DNA of 64,000 bases, taken from positions 480,001 through 544,000 of the forward strand of contig CAVSAC010000010.1 in assembly GCA_963725865.1 (NCBI GenBank), written 5' to 3'. Shown in pieces: positions 18,196-30,075 of the stretch. The notes under the pieces were generated by a model that saw only the letters and a program-made list of their open reading frames with translations, made no database searches and had not been told where the DNA came from. Position 1 is the stretch's first letter. Each line of letters begins with the position of its first letter. The position numbers were made by a program, and so were the translations under genes. The stretch is from Candidatus Eiseniibacteriota bacterium (GTDB lineage: Bacteria; Eisenbacteria; RBG-16-71-46).

Positions 18196-18951
18196 TCACT
18201 GGGCCCAGGCGAGCGCGGCCGCGGCCGGCTCGGCGCCGGCGGCGGCGAGCGTGTCGAGGCACGACTCGAGCGTCGATCCGGTGGTGATCACGTCGTCCAC
18301 CACCAGCACCCGCCGGCCCGCGACCCCAGCGGGCCGCGCGAGTCGGAATGCGCCCGCCAGGTTCGCGCGCCGCGCGCGCGCGTCGAGGCGCGCCTGCGCC
18401 CGGGTGGGCCGCACGCGCACCAGCGGCCCCTGCAGCAGCGGCACCCCGAGGCGCTCGGCCACCGCCGACGCGAGCAGCGCGGCCTGGTCGTAGCCGCGCT
18501 CGCGCCGGCGCGCCGCGTGCAGCGGCACCCCGATCACCAGCTCGGGCGCCAGCGCGGGCGGCAGCGCCGCGGCGATCGCCGTGCCGAGCGACTCCGCGAG
18601 CGCGGGCCGCGCGGCGAACTTGAGCGCGTGCACCACCAGCGCCGCACGCTCGTCGTAGATCCATGCCGGCCACACGACGTGCGCGGCGTGGCGCCGGCAG
18701 CCGACCGGCTCGCGGCCGCGCGCGAGGCATCGCGCGCAGAGCGCGATCGCCACGCGCGGGATGCGGGCGAGGCAGTCCGCGCACAGCAGCGCGCGGGGAT
18801 CGGCGGCGGCTCCGCAGCCCGGGCAGCGCTGCGGGAGCGCGAACGCCTCGAGCACCTCCGCCAGCGGTCGCAGCGCGCGCGCGCCGGCGGCGAGCGCCGC
18901 CGGGCCCCGGCAGCCCGCGGTGGCGGCGAGGGCGGCGGCCGCGCCGCTCAT
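18196..18951 (-). CDS. comF: ComF/ComFC family protein (zinc ribbon plus PRTase domain)
   Basis: PQRCPGC, LCADC, CARC, VPLH..RRRERGYDQ, VVDDVITTGST. Confidence 0.9.
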   Translation of the reverse strand: MSGAAAALAATAGCRGPAALAAGARALRPLAEVLEAFALPQRCPGCGAAADPRALLCADCLARIPRVAIALCARCLARGREPVGCRRHAAHVVWPAWIYDERAALVVHALKFAARPALAESLGTAIAAALPPALAPELVIGVPLHAARRRERGYDQAALLASAVAERLGVPLLQGPLVRVRPTRAQARLDARARRANLAGAFRLARPAGVAGRRVLVVDDVITTGSTLESCLDTLAAAGAEPAAAALAWAQ

Positions 18952-19748
18952 CGGGGCCATCCGACCGCGCGCGCGAGCGGCTCCAGCGGCACTTCGCGCC
19001 CGGTCCAGATCGCGAGCGCCCGCCGCGCCTGGTGCACCAGCAGTCCGAGGCCGTCGAAGGACTGGCGGCCGGCCGCGCGCGCCGCCAGCACCCACGGGGT
19101 CGGCTCGGGCCCGTACACCAGGTCCAGCACCAGCGCGGCGGGCGGGATGCGCTCCACGGGATAGGCACCGCTGAGGCCCGCGAGCGGCGTGCCGTTCACC
19201 ACCACGTCGGCCACCGCCACCGCCGCGTGCACCGACTCCGTGCCCCACGGGATCACCGCGGCACCGGCGATCTCGTGCCACGCGGCGGCCGCCGCGGCGG
19301 GGCGCCGCGCCGCGACCGTGACCGACGCGCCCGCCTCGATGAGCGCGAGGCCGATGCTGCGCGCCGCTCCGCCGGCCCCCAGCAGCACGACGCGCAGGCC
19401 ATCGCACGCGCGACCCTGGGCGCGCAGCAGATCGATGAAGCCGGCGCCGTCGGTGGTGTCGCCGCGCACGGCGTCGGCGTCGAACGAGACCGTGTTCACC
19501 GACCGCGCGCGCCGCGCGGACGGCGCGATCGCGCCGACGTGCCCGAGCGCGGCCTCCTTGAGCGGAGACGTGAGGTTCACGCCGCGGAACCCCGCCGCGA
19601 TCAGCTCGGCGAACACGCTGCCGAGCCGCGCGGGCGTCACCCGGAGCGGTTCGGACTCGCCGTGCAGGCCGAGTGCCGCGAGCCCCGCGCGATGGAGTTC
19701 GGGCGAGCGGGTGTAGCTCAGCGGATCACCGAGGACCGCGAGGCGCAC
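18948..19748 (-). CDS. aroE: Shikimate dehydrogenase
   Basis: GDPLSYTRSP, GVNLTSPLKE, SVNTV, TDGAGF, GAGGAA, DLVY, GLGLLVHQA. Confidence 0.93.
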   Translation of the reverse strand: MRLAVLGDPLSYTRSPELHRAGLAALGLHGESEPLRVTPARLGSVFAELIAAGFRGVNLTSPLKEAALGHVGAIAPSARRARSVNTVSFDADAVRGDTTDGAGFIDLLRAQGRACDGLRVVLLGAGGAARSIGLALIEAGASVTVAARRPAAAAAAWHEIAGAAVIPWGTESVHAAVAVADVVVNGTPLAGLSGAYPVERIPPAALVLDLVYGPEPTPWVLAARAAGRQSFDGLGLLVHQARRALAIWTGREVPLEPLARAVGWPR

Positions 19749-19757
19749 GGCGGGCGC

Positions 19758-20540
19758 TCACGCCGGCACGCTGCGCCGCAGGCGCAGCATCATGAGCACG
19801 CCGAACAGCGCGAGCGCGACGCTGGTGAGCTGACTCTCGGTGAACGGCACCCCGCCGATCGTCGCGAGCACGGCGCCGGGCTCGTAGGCGCGCGTCAGGT
19901 CGATCGGGATGCGCACCAGGGAGAACGCCAGCACGAAGCCCCAGAACAGCGTGCCGGGGGGCGCCAGCCGCTTGCGCAGCGCCCAGGCCAGCGCGAACAG
20001 CCCCAGTCCGGCGGCGGCGTTGTAGAGCTGCGACGGATGCACGGGCACCGTCCCGTAGTCGAGCCCCGCGAAGGAGTCGGCCGGGAACTCGACGCCCCAC
20101 GGCAGCCGGGTGGGGCGCCCGTAGCAGCAACCGTTGAGGAAGCATCCGACGCGCCCGAACATGGTGCCCAGGGCCAGCGACGGGGTGAGCGCGTCGGCCA
20201 CGGTCCACATCGGCTGGTGGAGCCGCCGCGCGACCAGCAGGCCGGCCACCGTGCCGCCCACGATGCCGCCATAGAGCGTGAGCCCGCCCTGCCACAGTGC
20301 CAGCACGCTGCCCCACTGGCGGCGGAAGTCCTCGAGGTGCTCCATCACGTAAAGCAGCCGCGCCCCCAGCACCGAGCACACGAGCGTGGCCAGGATGATG
20401 GTCACCAGCGCGTCCTCGTCGATCCGCAGCCGGCGCGCCTCGCGCAGCGCCAGCCAGGTGCCGAACAGGAACGCGATCGCGAGCATCAGGCCGTAGGAGC
20501 GGATGTGAAGCGCCCCCCAGTGGAGGATTTCGGGATGCAC
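19758..20540 (-). CDS. lgt: Prolipoprotein diacylglyceryl transferase
   Basis: IRSYGLM, LGARLLYV, WQGGLTLYGG, GRVGCFLNGCCYG, HPSQLY. Confidence 0.95.
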   Translation of the reverse strand: MHPEILHWGALHIRSYGLMLAIAFLFGTWLALREARRLRIDEDALVTIILATLVCSVLGARLLYVMEHLEDFRRQWGSVLALWQGGLTLYGGIVGGTVAGLLVARRLHQPMWTVADALTPSLALGTMFGRVGCFLNGCCYGRPTRLPWGVEFPADSFAGLDYGTVPVHPSQLYNAAAGLGLFALAWALRKRLAPPGTLFWGFVLAFSLVRIPIDLTRAYEPGAVLATIGGVPFTESQLTSVALALFGVLMMLRLRRSVPA

Positions 20541-20544
20541 GGAA

Positions 20545-21771
20545 TCAGAACTCCCGGCGCCGCAGCGCCACGTTCTGGAGCAGGCCAAGCTGGACGCCGT
20601 TCACGATCAGCGCGGTCCCGCCGTACGACAGCAACGGCAGCGGCAGCCCGGTCACCGGCGCCCAGCCGATGGTCATGAGCATGTTCACCATCACCTGGTA
20701 GAACAGGGCGGACACCAAGCCCACCGCCATCAGGCTGGCGAACGCACCGCGTGCGATCACCGCGAGGCGGAACCCACGCAGGATGACGACCGCGTACAGT
20801 AGCACCACCGTCAACGAGCCCAGCAGCCCCAGCTCCTCGCCCACCACCGAGAAGATGAAGTCGGTGTGACGCATGGGCAGGAAGGCGAGCGCCTTCTGAG
20901 TGCCCTTCAGGTAGCCCTTCCCCAGCACGCCGCCGGAGCCGATCGCGATCCGCGACTGGATGATCTGATACCCGGACCCGTACGGATCGTTGTCCGGATT
21001 CAGAAACGTCTCGATGCGGCGCTTCTGATATTCCTCGAGATGGTTCCAGATGCGCGGCATCGAGGCACCCACCGCCACGTTCATGACCAGCACCGCGATC
21101 AGCAGCGGCAGCCGCGGGCGCGCGAACGCCAGCAGCGCCACGAACAGCCCGCCGAACCACCACAGCGAGCCGGTGATGAAGAACAGCACCACGTTGAACA
21201 CCGGCGACAGCCCCAGCAGCAGGCTGCCGAGCGGCATGCCCGCCCAGAAATACATCGCCACGAGGATCACCGGGAACGACAGCGAGGTGCCGAGGTCGGG
21301 CTCCTTGGCGACCAGCGCGAACGGGATCAGCACCAGGATCAGCGGCGGCACCCAGTGGCCGACCTTGCGCAGGTCGAGCTTGGGATCGTCGAAGCGGCGC
21401 GCGAGCAGCACGACGGTGGCGATCTTCGCCAGCTCGGAAGGCTGGAACTTGATCGGGCCCAGGTCGAGCCAGCGCTTGGCACCCATCGCGCTGTGACCGA
21501 TCACCAGCACCGCCACGAGCAGCAGCAGCGCGACTCCGTAGAACGGCCACGCCAGCGAGTCGTACACGCGCAGCGGGATGGCGGCCGCCACCCACGCCGC
21601 GACGAGCGCCACGCCGGCCCACAGCAGCTGGCGCGTCCACAGGCCCTCGTGCGCCCCCGGCACCGAGGTGGCGCTGAACACGATCGCGAGGCCGATGAAC
21701 ACCAGGCCGAGCGCCGCGAGCGCCATTGGCGTGTCGAGCGGCGGAACGTGCAGGCGGAGTCTAGTCGGCAA
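20545..21771 (-). CDS. rodA: Rod shape-determining protein RodA (SEDS)
   Basis: GAKRW, FQPSELAK, EPDLGT, GYQIIQS.IAIGSGG, HTDFIF, LSYGG; TTG start inferred. Confidence 0.95.
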   Translation of the reverse strand: MPTRLRLHVPPLDTPMALAALGLVFIGLAIVFSATSVPGAHEGLWTRQLLWAGVALVAAWVAAAIPLRVYDSLAWPFYGVALLLLVAVLVIGHSAMGAKRWLDLGPIKFQPSELAKIATVVLLARRFDDPKLDLRKVGHWVPPLILVLIPFALVAKEPDLGTSLSFPVILVAMYFWAGMPLGSLLLGLSPVFNVVLFFITGSLWWFGGLFVALLAFARPRLPLLIAVLVMNVAVGASMPRIWNHLEEYQKRRIETFLNPDNDPYGSGYQIIQSRIAIGSGGVLGKGYLKGTQKALAFLPMRHTDFIFSVVGEELGLLGSLTVVLLYAVVILRGFRLAVIARGAFASLMAVGLVSALFYQVMVNMLMTIGWAPVTGLPLPLLSYGGTALIVNGVQLGLLQNVALRRREF

Positions 21772-23632
21772 CGGTGTCCCCCGTGGTGTCGGGCATGACG
21801 TGCGTGACGGCCGCGCGCGGGTGGAGCAGCGCGGTGGCGACCGAGTCCGGCAGCAGCACGCGCGCGAGCACGCGCCGGGCGCGCGGCGCGGCCACGCTGC
21901 CGCCGTGTCCACTGTTTTCGACCACCATCGCGATCGCGATCCGCGGGTCCTCGACCGGGGCATAGCACACGAACAGCGCGTGGTCCTTGCCGTGCGGATT
22001 CTGCGCCGTCCCGGTCTTGCCGGCCACCCGCACGCCCGGTATGCGCGCCGCCGTGCCGGTGCCCGAGTCGATCACCAATTCGAGCCCCTCGTGGATCGCC
22101 GCCCAGGTCTCGGCGCTCGCCGTCACCCCGCTCTGGGTCGGGCGCTCGACCCTGAAGTCGCGCGCGCCGCTCACGTGGTCGACGATGTGCGGGCGCAGTG
22201 CGCGGCCGCTCTCGGCGATCTCCGCGGTCATCAGAGCCAGCTGCAGGGGCGTGAGCAGCAGCTCGCCCTGGCCGATCGCGAGGTTCAGCATCACGCCCTT
22301 GCGCATCCCTCCCTTGCCCCACCGCCGCTCGTACCACGCGGCATCCGGGATCAGCCCGCGCCGCTCCTGCGGCAGGTCGATGCCGGTGCGGTCGCCGAGT
22401 CCCAGGTCCTTGGCGGTGCGCGAGAGCGCGTCGAGCCCGAGGCGGATGCCGATCTGGTAGAAGTACACGTCGCAGGAGTGCTGCAGGGCGCCGACGAAAT
22501 CGAGCGAGCCGTGCCCGCGCGGGTTCCAGCAGCCGAACGCGCGGCCGCCGAACACGTAGTGCCCGGAGCACGGCGCCAGCCGCGTCGCGCGAGTGGCCAC
22601 CCCGCTGCGCAGGGCGGCGGTCATGGTCACGATCTTGAACGTGGAGCCGGGCGGATAGACGCCCTGCAGCGCGCGGTCGAGCAGCGGATTCGAGCCGCCG
22701 CTCGAGATCTCCTCCCAGCGCGCGCGCGTGAGCCCGTAGGAGAACTCGTTCGGGTCGTAGGCCGGCCGGCTCACCAGCGCGAGCACCCCGCCATCGCGCG
22801 GATCCAGCACCACGGCCGCGCCCCGCTCGACGCCGTCCATCGCCTCCTCGAGCGCGCGCTGCACCTTCAGGTCGAGCGTCAGCCGCAGATCGTGGCCCGC
22901 CACCGGCGGCCGCGGCGGTCCCTCGGTCAGGGTCGAGACCCGCCGCCCCATGGCGTTGACCACCACGAACTCCGCGCCGTCCACCCCGCGCAGGATGTCC
23001 TCGTACGCCCGCTCGACGCCGGTGCGCCCGATCAAGTCTCCGGGGCGGTAGCCGAGCACTCCCCGCTCCACGAGCTCCTGATCGTTGATCTCGCCCGCGT
23101 AGCCGAGCAGGTGGGCCGCCAGCGTGCCGTTGGGATAGCGCCGGATCGGCTCGACCTGCACCTCGAGCCCCGGCAGCTCGCCGCGCACCTCCTCGACCGC
23201 GGCCAGGACCTCGAACGGCGCGGTGCGTCGCAGCACCGCGGACTTCCCGGTGGCGTTCGCCTCCGCGACGCGGCGGCGCAACAGCAGGGTATCGAGGCCG
23301 ACCACCGCGCTGACGCGCGAGATCCACTCCTCGGAGCGCGTCTCGCGGATACGGTGCGCGCTCTCCGCCGGGAACGGGCGAAACACGATGGTGAACGAGG
23401 GGGCGCTGTCGGCGAGCAGCTCGCCGTTGCGATCGTAGATCGCCCCGCGCGGCGCGCGCAGCACCTCGAGCCGCACGCGGTTCTCCTTCGCCAGCTCGCG
23501 GTAGCGGTCGTGCTCGACCACCTGCAACCGCAGCAGGCCCAGCACCACGAGCGCGAATCCGCTGCCCGCGAGCGCCGCGAGCAGCCGGAAGCGCTCCTCC
23601 CTAAGCGGACGGACGCGAACCGACGGCTGCAT
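21761..23632 (-). CDS. mrdA: Penicillin-binding protein 2
   Basis: [17 protein letters not shown] (SxxK), SCD (SxN variant), KTGTAQ. Confidence 0.95.
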   Translation of the reverse strand: MQPSVRVRPLREERFRLLAALAGSGFALVVLGLLRLQVVEHDRYRELAKENRVRLEVLRAPRGAIYDRNGELLADSAPSFTIVFRPFPAESAHRIRETRSEEWISRVSAVVGLDTLLLRRRVAEANATGKSAVLRRTAPFEVLAAVEEVRGELPGLEVQVEPIRRYPNGTLAAHLLGYAGEINDQELVERGVLGYRPGDLIGRTGVERAYEDILRGVDGAEFVVVNAMGRRVSTLTEGPPRPPVAGHDLRLTLDLKVQRALEEAMDGVERGAAVVLDPRDGGVLALVSRPAYDPNEFSYGLTRARWEEISSGGSNPLLDRALQGVYPPGSTFKIVTMTAALRSGVATRATRLAPCSGHYVFGGRAFGCWNPRGHGSLDFVGALQHSCDVYFYQIGIRLGLDALSRTAKDLGLGDRTGIDLPQERRGLIPDAAWYERRWGKGGMRKGVMLNLAIGQGELLLTPLQLALMTAEIAESGRALRPHIVDHVSGARDFRVERPTQSGVTASAETWAAIHEGLELVIDSGTGTAARIPGVRVAGKTGTAQNPHGKDHALFVCYAPVEDPRIAIAMVVENSGHGGSVAAPRARRVLARVLLPDSVATALLHPRAAVTHVMPDTTGDTVAD

Positions 23633-24113
23633 GACCGAACAGGGGTTGCCCGCTGACCTGGCGAACGATGCCGAGCAGCGCGGTGCCCGCGAGTGCGCTG
23701 ACCGCCGAGCCCAGCAGCGCCCGGCCCGCCAGCAGCAGGAGCGCGGAGGGCGTGCCCGACTCGAACAGCATCGCCCAGGTCTGGTGCACCAGCGTCGCGA
23801 CGAAGAACAGCACCAGCTGGGTGCGCGCGCTGTCGCGCACCAGCGTGCGGCTGAGTCGGCCGACGACGTAGCCGATCAACGCCAGCATCAGGGCGTGCCG
23901 CCCGAGCCAGTGGGCAACGTCGAGATCTGCGAACAGCCCCAGCACGAATCCGAACGTGGAGCCCCACGACTCGTGGTGGCGCAGCGCCCACACCACGGTG
24001 ACGAACGCCAGCACGTCGAGCGTGAGCCCGCGGGCCGCCAGCGCGCTCAGCGCGGTGGAGCGCAGCAGCAGCGCGACGAACGCGAGGATCAGCAGCGAGA
24101 GCACGGCCTTCAT
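23601..24113 (-). CDS. mreD: Rod shape-determining protein MreD
   Basis: Hydrophobic ~170 aa, [10 protein letters not shown], located between mreC and mrdA. Confidence 0.85.
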   Translation of the reverse strand: MKAVLSLLILAFVALLLRSTALSALAARGLTLDVLAFVTVVWALRHHESWGSTFGFVLGLFADLDVAHWLGRHALMLALIGYVVGRLSRTLVRDSARTQLVLFFVATLVHQTWAMLFESGTPSALLLLAGRALLGSAVSALAGTALLGIVRQVSGQPLFGHAAVGSRPSA

Positions 24114-24919
24114 CGTGTCCTCCCGGCGCCGGCCGGACGCACCAGCACGAACGCGTGGCGGATGCGCGACAGCCGCGCCGCCGGTTCGATCTCGACCTCT
24201 TGCGTGAGGCCGCTCGGATCGCGCACGGCGCGCACCACGCGCCCGACCGGCAGCCCGCGCGGGTAGCGGGCGGTGAGGCCCGACGTGATCACGCGCTGGC
24301 CGCTGCGCACGGTGTCCGAGAGCGGCACGCCCGTCAGCACCAGGTGCGGGTCGGGCGCCGGCGCGGCCCGCAGCACGCCGAGCACGCCCGTGCTCTCGAC
24401 CTCGCAGGCGACCGCCGAGTTGGGATCGGTCAGGAGCACCACCCGCGCGAGCGAGGGCCACGCCTCGCCGACGCGGCCGAGCAGGCCTTCGCGCGTGATC
24501 ACCACGTCGCCCTCCTGCACACCCTGGCGCCGGCCGGCGCTCACCGTGGCCGCGAGCGGCGGTGCGTCGCCCGCGAGCGCCAGCACCTCCACCGGCCGCA
24601 GCGTCATGCCCGAAGGGACCGGCAGCTCGAGGCTGTCGCGCAGCCGCAGGTTCTCCACCCCCGCCACGCGCAGGCGCTGGTTCTCGATCTCGAGCTCGGC
24701 GAGGCGCTGGTGGAGCTGCTGGTTCTCGCGCCAGGCGGCCGCGATGCGGTCGGCCGACAGCACCACGCGGTCGAACGGCGAGAACACCCACGCGCCGATC
24801 CCGCGCAGCGCGCCCTGCGGGATGTGGTCGCCGACGATCAGCAGAAGCAGCGAGAGCGCCGCGTAGGCGCCCAACAGGACGCTGCTGCGGCGCTCCGCCG
24901 GCGGGAGGAAGCCTCCCAT
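24110..24919 (-). CDS. mreC: Rod shape-determining protein MreC
   Basis: TM, coiled coil (ENQQL..ENQRL..ENLRL), [22 protein letters not shown]. Confidence 0.93.
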   Translation of the reverse strand: MGGFLPPAERRSSVLLGAYAALSLLLLIVGDHIPQGALRGIGAWVFSPFDRVVLSADRIAAAWRENQQLHQRLAELEIENQRLRVAGVENLRLRDSLELPVPSGMTLRPVEVLALAGDAPPLAATVSAGRRQGVQEGDVVITREGLLGRVGEAWPSLARVVLLTDPNSAVACEVESTGVLGVLRAAPAPDPHLVLTGVPLSDTVRSGQRVITSGLTARYPRGLPVGRVVRAVRDPSGLTQEVEIEPAARLSRIRHAFVLVRPAGAGRTR

Positions 24920-24922
24920 CGA

Positions 24923-26113
<1,191 letters not shown>

Positions 26114-26326
26114 TCATCGCCCTCCGCGTTCGCGCCCCGCCGTGGACCGCATCGATCGGCGCGTTCCGTGGGCCTCGCAGCCCGCCGGGCGACTCGGGAG
26201 AACGCGACTTTTCGGGCGCAGGACGGCGGTCCCGGGGTATGCCCAGTGGTGCCCGCGGTCGTTGACCGGGTTTCCGCGCCGATGCTAGCCTGCCCACTCG
26301 ATGAATCCGGCCCGTCCCGAGCCCGC

Positions 26327-28468
26327 ATGATGCACCCGAGCCGTCTCGCGGTCCTCCTCGTCCCGATCGTGCTGGGCCTGCTCGCCGCCACCCTTCCGGG
26401 CCGCGCCCAGACCCCCGTCCGGTACTACGCCAACGCCGACACCACGCTGCTCCGGGACACCCTGGGGCTCAAGTTCGACACGCTGTTCCCGCTCGCGGAC
26501 AGCCTGCGGGTCACCGCCGACACCCTGCGCGCGCTCTCGATCCGCTACCGGGCGCCGCTGTGGCGGATCGTGAAGCTGGCCGACAGCCTGGCGGTCCCGA
26601 TGGACAGCGTGGCCGCGGTGATGCAGCGCGAGCGCTTCAACCCGCTGGCGGCCACCGCGGACTTCACGAACCAGTTCGGGTACAACTCGACCTACGACAT
26701 CCAGCGCACCTCGAGCAGCTGGCTGAGCGGGGCCCACTGGAACTACGTCTCGCGCGCTCTGGTGCTCAACAACCAGACCACCATCACGATGGCGCGCATC
26801 AAGGACGCCAAGGGGAGCGCGCCACAGCAGACCCGCGACATGGTGACCGAGGCCGGGTGGCGCTTCTCGCGCGAATTCTCGGTCGGAGGTCGCGCGCACG
26901 TGTATCGCTACGATTACCCCGCGTCGACCGACGCGGCGGCCACGACGAACGAGTTCTCCGCCCCCGTGCGATTCAAGGCCCGCCCGACGAAGAACCTGAA
27001 CACCGAGCTGAACGTGCTACCGGGCGCGGTGGACCTGACCGACGTGCGCCAGGTCAAGCGCGGGTCGAGCGCTCAGGTCGACGGACGCGTGCGCTACTCG
27101 CGCGGCGGATTTCTGACGGGAGACGTGAGCGGACTCCTGTCGGGCAACCTCACCCGGACGCGACAGCCCGAATCGGACGTCACGTTCCGCACCCGGGACT
27201 CGCGCCGGAACCTGAGCGGCACGCTCGGCCTGTTCACGTCGTCCCCGGTGGGCGCCAATCTGAACTATCGGCTCTCGCGCTCGGTGACCGAGACCCCGCC
27301 GGCGCTGGACACTGCGCGCGTCCAGCAGCTCATCAACCAGAACGATGGCGCCGAGCTCACGGTGCGCGGGCGGCTCGACAACGACCGCCTGGTGAACGTC
27401 ACCGGCCGATGGTCGAAGACCCAGACCGCTCAGAACGACGCGCTTGCGACGTTCACGACCGGCCGCACGCTCGGGATCAGCGCCGATGGCCGCTACATCG
27501 TCCTGAGCCTGCCCTTCGAGTGGCAGTTCTCGAACGGCGTCACGAACAGCGACTACCCGCGCCGGGCCGCGACCGGTGGCTACGGCCAGCGCAGCCACGA
27601 CCGCAGGATCCAGGTCTCCGTGGATCGACCGATCGCGGGCGGGCACCTGACCCTGCACGCCAAGGGCTCCGTGAGCCTGACCTCCGCGCGCTACACGACG
27701 ATCGGGACCTACCCGACACCGCCGGTCGACAACGACCGCTACGACCAGGGCTATCGCCTGGGAGCGGACTACGTGCCCACGCAGGACTTCAACACCGGGG
27801 TCGCGCTCGACGTGCAGCGCTCGCTGACCATCAACATCCCCTCGGGCAGCACCGGGGCCAACAGCCAGGACAATCGCTACGGGGCCGATTGGCGCTGGTC
27901 CTACCGCCTGTTCCCCGACCTCACGGTCAACCAGAGCAACGGCATCCTGGCCGACTACCTCACCTACGTCTATCGCCCGACCACCAATCGCCTGACCCTG
28001 CTCTACCGCACGACGACCACCATGTCCGCCGTGTTGTCCCCGCGATTCGAGTTCAGCATGACGCACAGCGCGGTCTACCAGCCTGGCGGGAACTACACGC
28101 TCCAGGCCGACGGCCAGGAGGGATTCACGAAGGCGGACGAGTCGAAGAACTACACGCTGGTCGGCCAGTTCTCCTACCGCCCGTCGCCCATGCTGGTGTT
28201 CGTGTTCGGCCCCAACTACACCTCCAGCGACCGCAAGAGCACTCAGAACGGTGCGCTGGCTCCCAGCCGGCGCGACCAGAGCTTCACGTTCTCCGGCGGT
28301 GCTACACTCAACGTCGCCCTGGGGAGCCGCGGGAAGCTCACGGGCAACATCAATCGGACCAGTTCGAACACCAGCGCCACCTCGTGGTCGCAGGGGATCC
28401 CGCAGGAGCAGCCGGGACTCTCGCAGGGCTTCTGGAACGGTCAGCTCCAACTCTCGTGGGACCTGTGA
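26327..28468 (+). CDS. Hypothetical outer-membrane beta-barrel protein
   Basis: Signal peptide, Thr/Ser/Tyr/Asn-rich amphipathic strands, C-terminal QLQLSWDL; TGCTAGCCT at 26283-26291 upstream. Confidence 0.75.
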   Translation: MMHPSRLAVLLVPIVLGLLAATLPGRAQTPVRYYANADTTLLRDTLGLKFDTLFPLADSLRVTADTLRALSIRYRAPLWRIVKLADSLAVPMDSVAAVMQRERFNPLAATADFTNQFGYNSTYDIQRTSSSWLSGAHWNYVSRALVLNNQTTITMARIKDAKGSAPQQTRDMVTEAGWRFSREFSVGGRAHVYRYDYPASTDAAATTNEFSAPVRFKARPTKNLNTELNVLPGAVDLTDVRQVKRGSSAQVDGRVRYSRGGFLTGDVSGLLSGNLTRTRQPESDVTFRTRDSRRNLSGTLGLFTSSPVGANLNYRLSRSVTETPPALDTARVQQLINQNDGAELTVRGRLDNDRLVNVTGRWSKTQTAQNDALATFTTGRTLGISADGRYIVLSLPFEWQFSNGVTNSDYPRRAATGGYGQRSHDRRIQVSVDRPIAGGHLTLHAKGSVSLTSARYTTIGTYPTPPVDNDRYDQGYRLGADYVPTQDFNTGVALDVQRSLTINIPSGSTGANSQDNRYGADWRWSYRLFPDLTVNQSNGILADYLTYVYRPTTNRLTLLYRTTTTMSAVLSPRFEFSMTHSAVYQPGGNYTLQADGQEGFTKADESKNYTLVGQFSYRPSPMLVFVFGPNYTSSDRKSTQNGALAPSRRDQSFTFSGGATLNVALGSRGKLTGNINRTSSNTSATSWSQGIPQEQPGLSQGFWNGQLQLSWDL

Positions 28469-29148
28469 TGCGCCGTCGTGCCCCGATCCTCGCGTTGTGC
28501 CTGACCATCGGCTGGTCGACGTGCGTGGGATTCTCGGGTGGCTGCGATCTGTTCCGGCCGGCGACCGCCGAAGGCCCGCCGCCCTCCGCGGGATCCGGGA
28601 TCCATGTCGACCTGACCGACCCCGAGCTCACGCTGGCCACCATGTCGCGCGCGGTCGAGAAGCATGCCATCGGCCTCGAGACCTGGATGGACTGTCTCGC
28701 GGACCCGTCGCGCGACAACGGACTCTCGTTCGTCGCGACGCTCGATCCGGCGGCCGTCCTGCTCTACAACCGGGGCGATCCGAGTCCGTGGGGCCGCGAC
28801 CTGGAGCAGTTGTTCTACCCGCAGTTCATCAGCGTCTGGACCACCGGCGAAGACTCGCTCTACTGGTCGCCGATCGACAACCTGCCGGACCCGCAGTACC
28901 TGGGCGGCGACACCAAGGTGCTGATCCGGCACTACGAACTCTGGAACATCCTCCAACAGTCGGGAGAGGTGACCCGTCAGCTCTTCGCGATCGGCTACGC
29001 GCAGATCACGTTCCGGCAGGTCGCGCGCGGCTGGGTGCTGCTCAGCTGGGAGGATCACGTCGACCCCGACGTCACCGTCAGCCCGCCCGCCGACCAGCAG
29101 GAATTTCGCTGCTTCTCGTGGCGCCGGCTGGAGTATTCGGGACTGTGA
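28468..29148 (+). CDS. Hypothetical lipoprotein
   Basis: TGATG overlap; signal ending FSGG-C-DLF; C-terminal W.LLSWED. Confidence 0.72.
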   Translation: MRRRAPILALCLTIGWSTCVGFSGGCDLFRPATAEGPPPSAGSGIHVDLTDPELTLATMSRAVEKHAIGLETWMDCLADPSRDNGLSFVATLDPAAVLLYNRGDPSPWGRDLEQLFYPQFISVWTTGEDSLYWSPIDNLPDPQYLGGDTKVLIRHYELWNILQQSGEVTRQLFAIGYAQITFRQVARGWVLLSWEDHVDPDVTVSPPADQQEFRCFSWRRLEYSGL

Positions 29149-29165
29149 CCGCACTGGAGCGAACG

Positions 29166-29903
29166 ATGCGCAGGATCGGAGCGGGAATCGTGCTGGCCGC
29201 ACTCGTGGTGAGCCTCGGGGGATGCTTCAACCCGTTCTCGCCCCGGATCGCGACCGGGGTCGGGATCTCGGAGCCCAAGCCCGCGCCGCTCACGCCGGTC
29301 GGTGTGATCCAGCTCTTCCAGTGGTGCTACCGCAACCGCGCGCTGGCGGAGTACAAGGAGCTCTTCACCGACGACTACGTGTTCACCTTCTCGGCGCTCG
29401 ACCCCGAGGGCAACCCGTATCGCGAGCACCCCTACCGCCGCGAGGAGGAACTGGCGTCGGCCGAGCACCTGTTCGTCACCGGCAACGCCACCGAGGAGGC
29501 GGCCTCCAGCATCACGCTCGACTTCACCAACACGCTGGTCGCCGTGCCCGACACGCGGCCAGGCAAGCGCGACCGGTGGCATCGCCAGTTGAACGTCGGC
29601 GTCGTGCTGGTGGTGCGCCGGCCGTCGAGCCAGCTCGAGGTGAAGGGCGAGGCGCGGTTCTTCGTGGTGCGCGGGGATACCGCGATCATCCCGCCGGAGC
29701 TGGGCCTGCGGCGCGACTCCACGCGCTGGTACATCGAGGGCTGGGAGGACTACACGGTGCAGAATAGCCCGGGTGCGGCGCGCCTGCTGCCCGCGGGGGC
29801 CGTGACGCGGGCGCCCCGGGCGGTCCGCCCGGCGACGGTGACTTCCGATCCATTCGACGTCATCGACGTCACGTTCGGCGCGCTGAAGGCCCTGTACCGT
29901 TAG
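29166..29903 (+). CDS. Hypothetical lipoprotein (possibly NTF2-like fold)
   Basis: Lipobox LGG-C-FNPF; YKELFTDDYVFTF; WYIEGWED. Confidence 0.75.
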   Translation: MRRIGAGIVLAALVVSLGGCFNPFSPRIATGVGISEPKPAPLTPVGVIQLFQWCYRNRALAEYKELFTDDYVFTFSALDPEGNPYREHPYRREEELASAEHLFVTGNATEEAASSITLDFTNTLVAVPDTRPGKRDRWHRQLNVGVVLVVRRPSSQLEVKGEARFFVVRGDTAIIPPELGLRRDSTRWYIEGWEDYTVQNSPGAARLLPAGAVTRAPRAVRPATVTSDPFDVIDVTFGALKALYR

Positions 29904-29966
29904 GCGAGGCACGATCGCGCCAGCGCGGGGCGAACGCGTCGCGTCCCGCCTCCCGCCATGGACGCC

Positions 29967-30053
29967 GACGGCCCGCCGGGGGACTTCTCCGGCGGGCCGT
30001 CTCGTGAGCGGGCGCCGGACGACGACGGGGGCGCCCCGTGAAGGGCGCCCCCG
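29967..30053. terminator. Two GC-rich hairpins between convergent genes
   Basis: GACGGCCCGCCGG...CCGGCGGGCCGTC (29967-30001) and CGGGGGCGCCC-CGTGAA-GGGCGCCCCCG (30026-30053); no U-tract. Confidence 0.55.
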
Positions 30054-30075
30054 CGTGTACGGCTCGCGCGATCGA

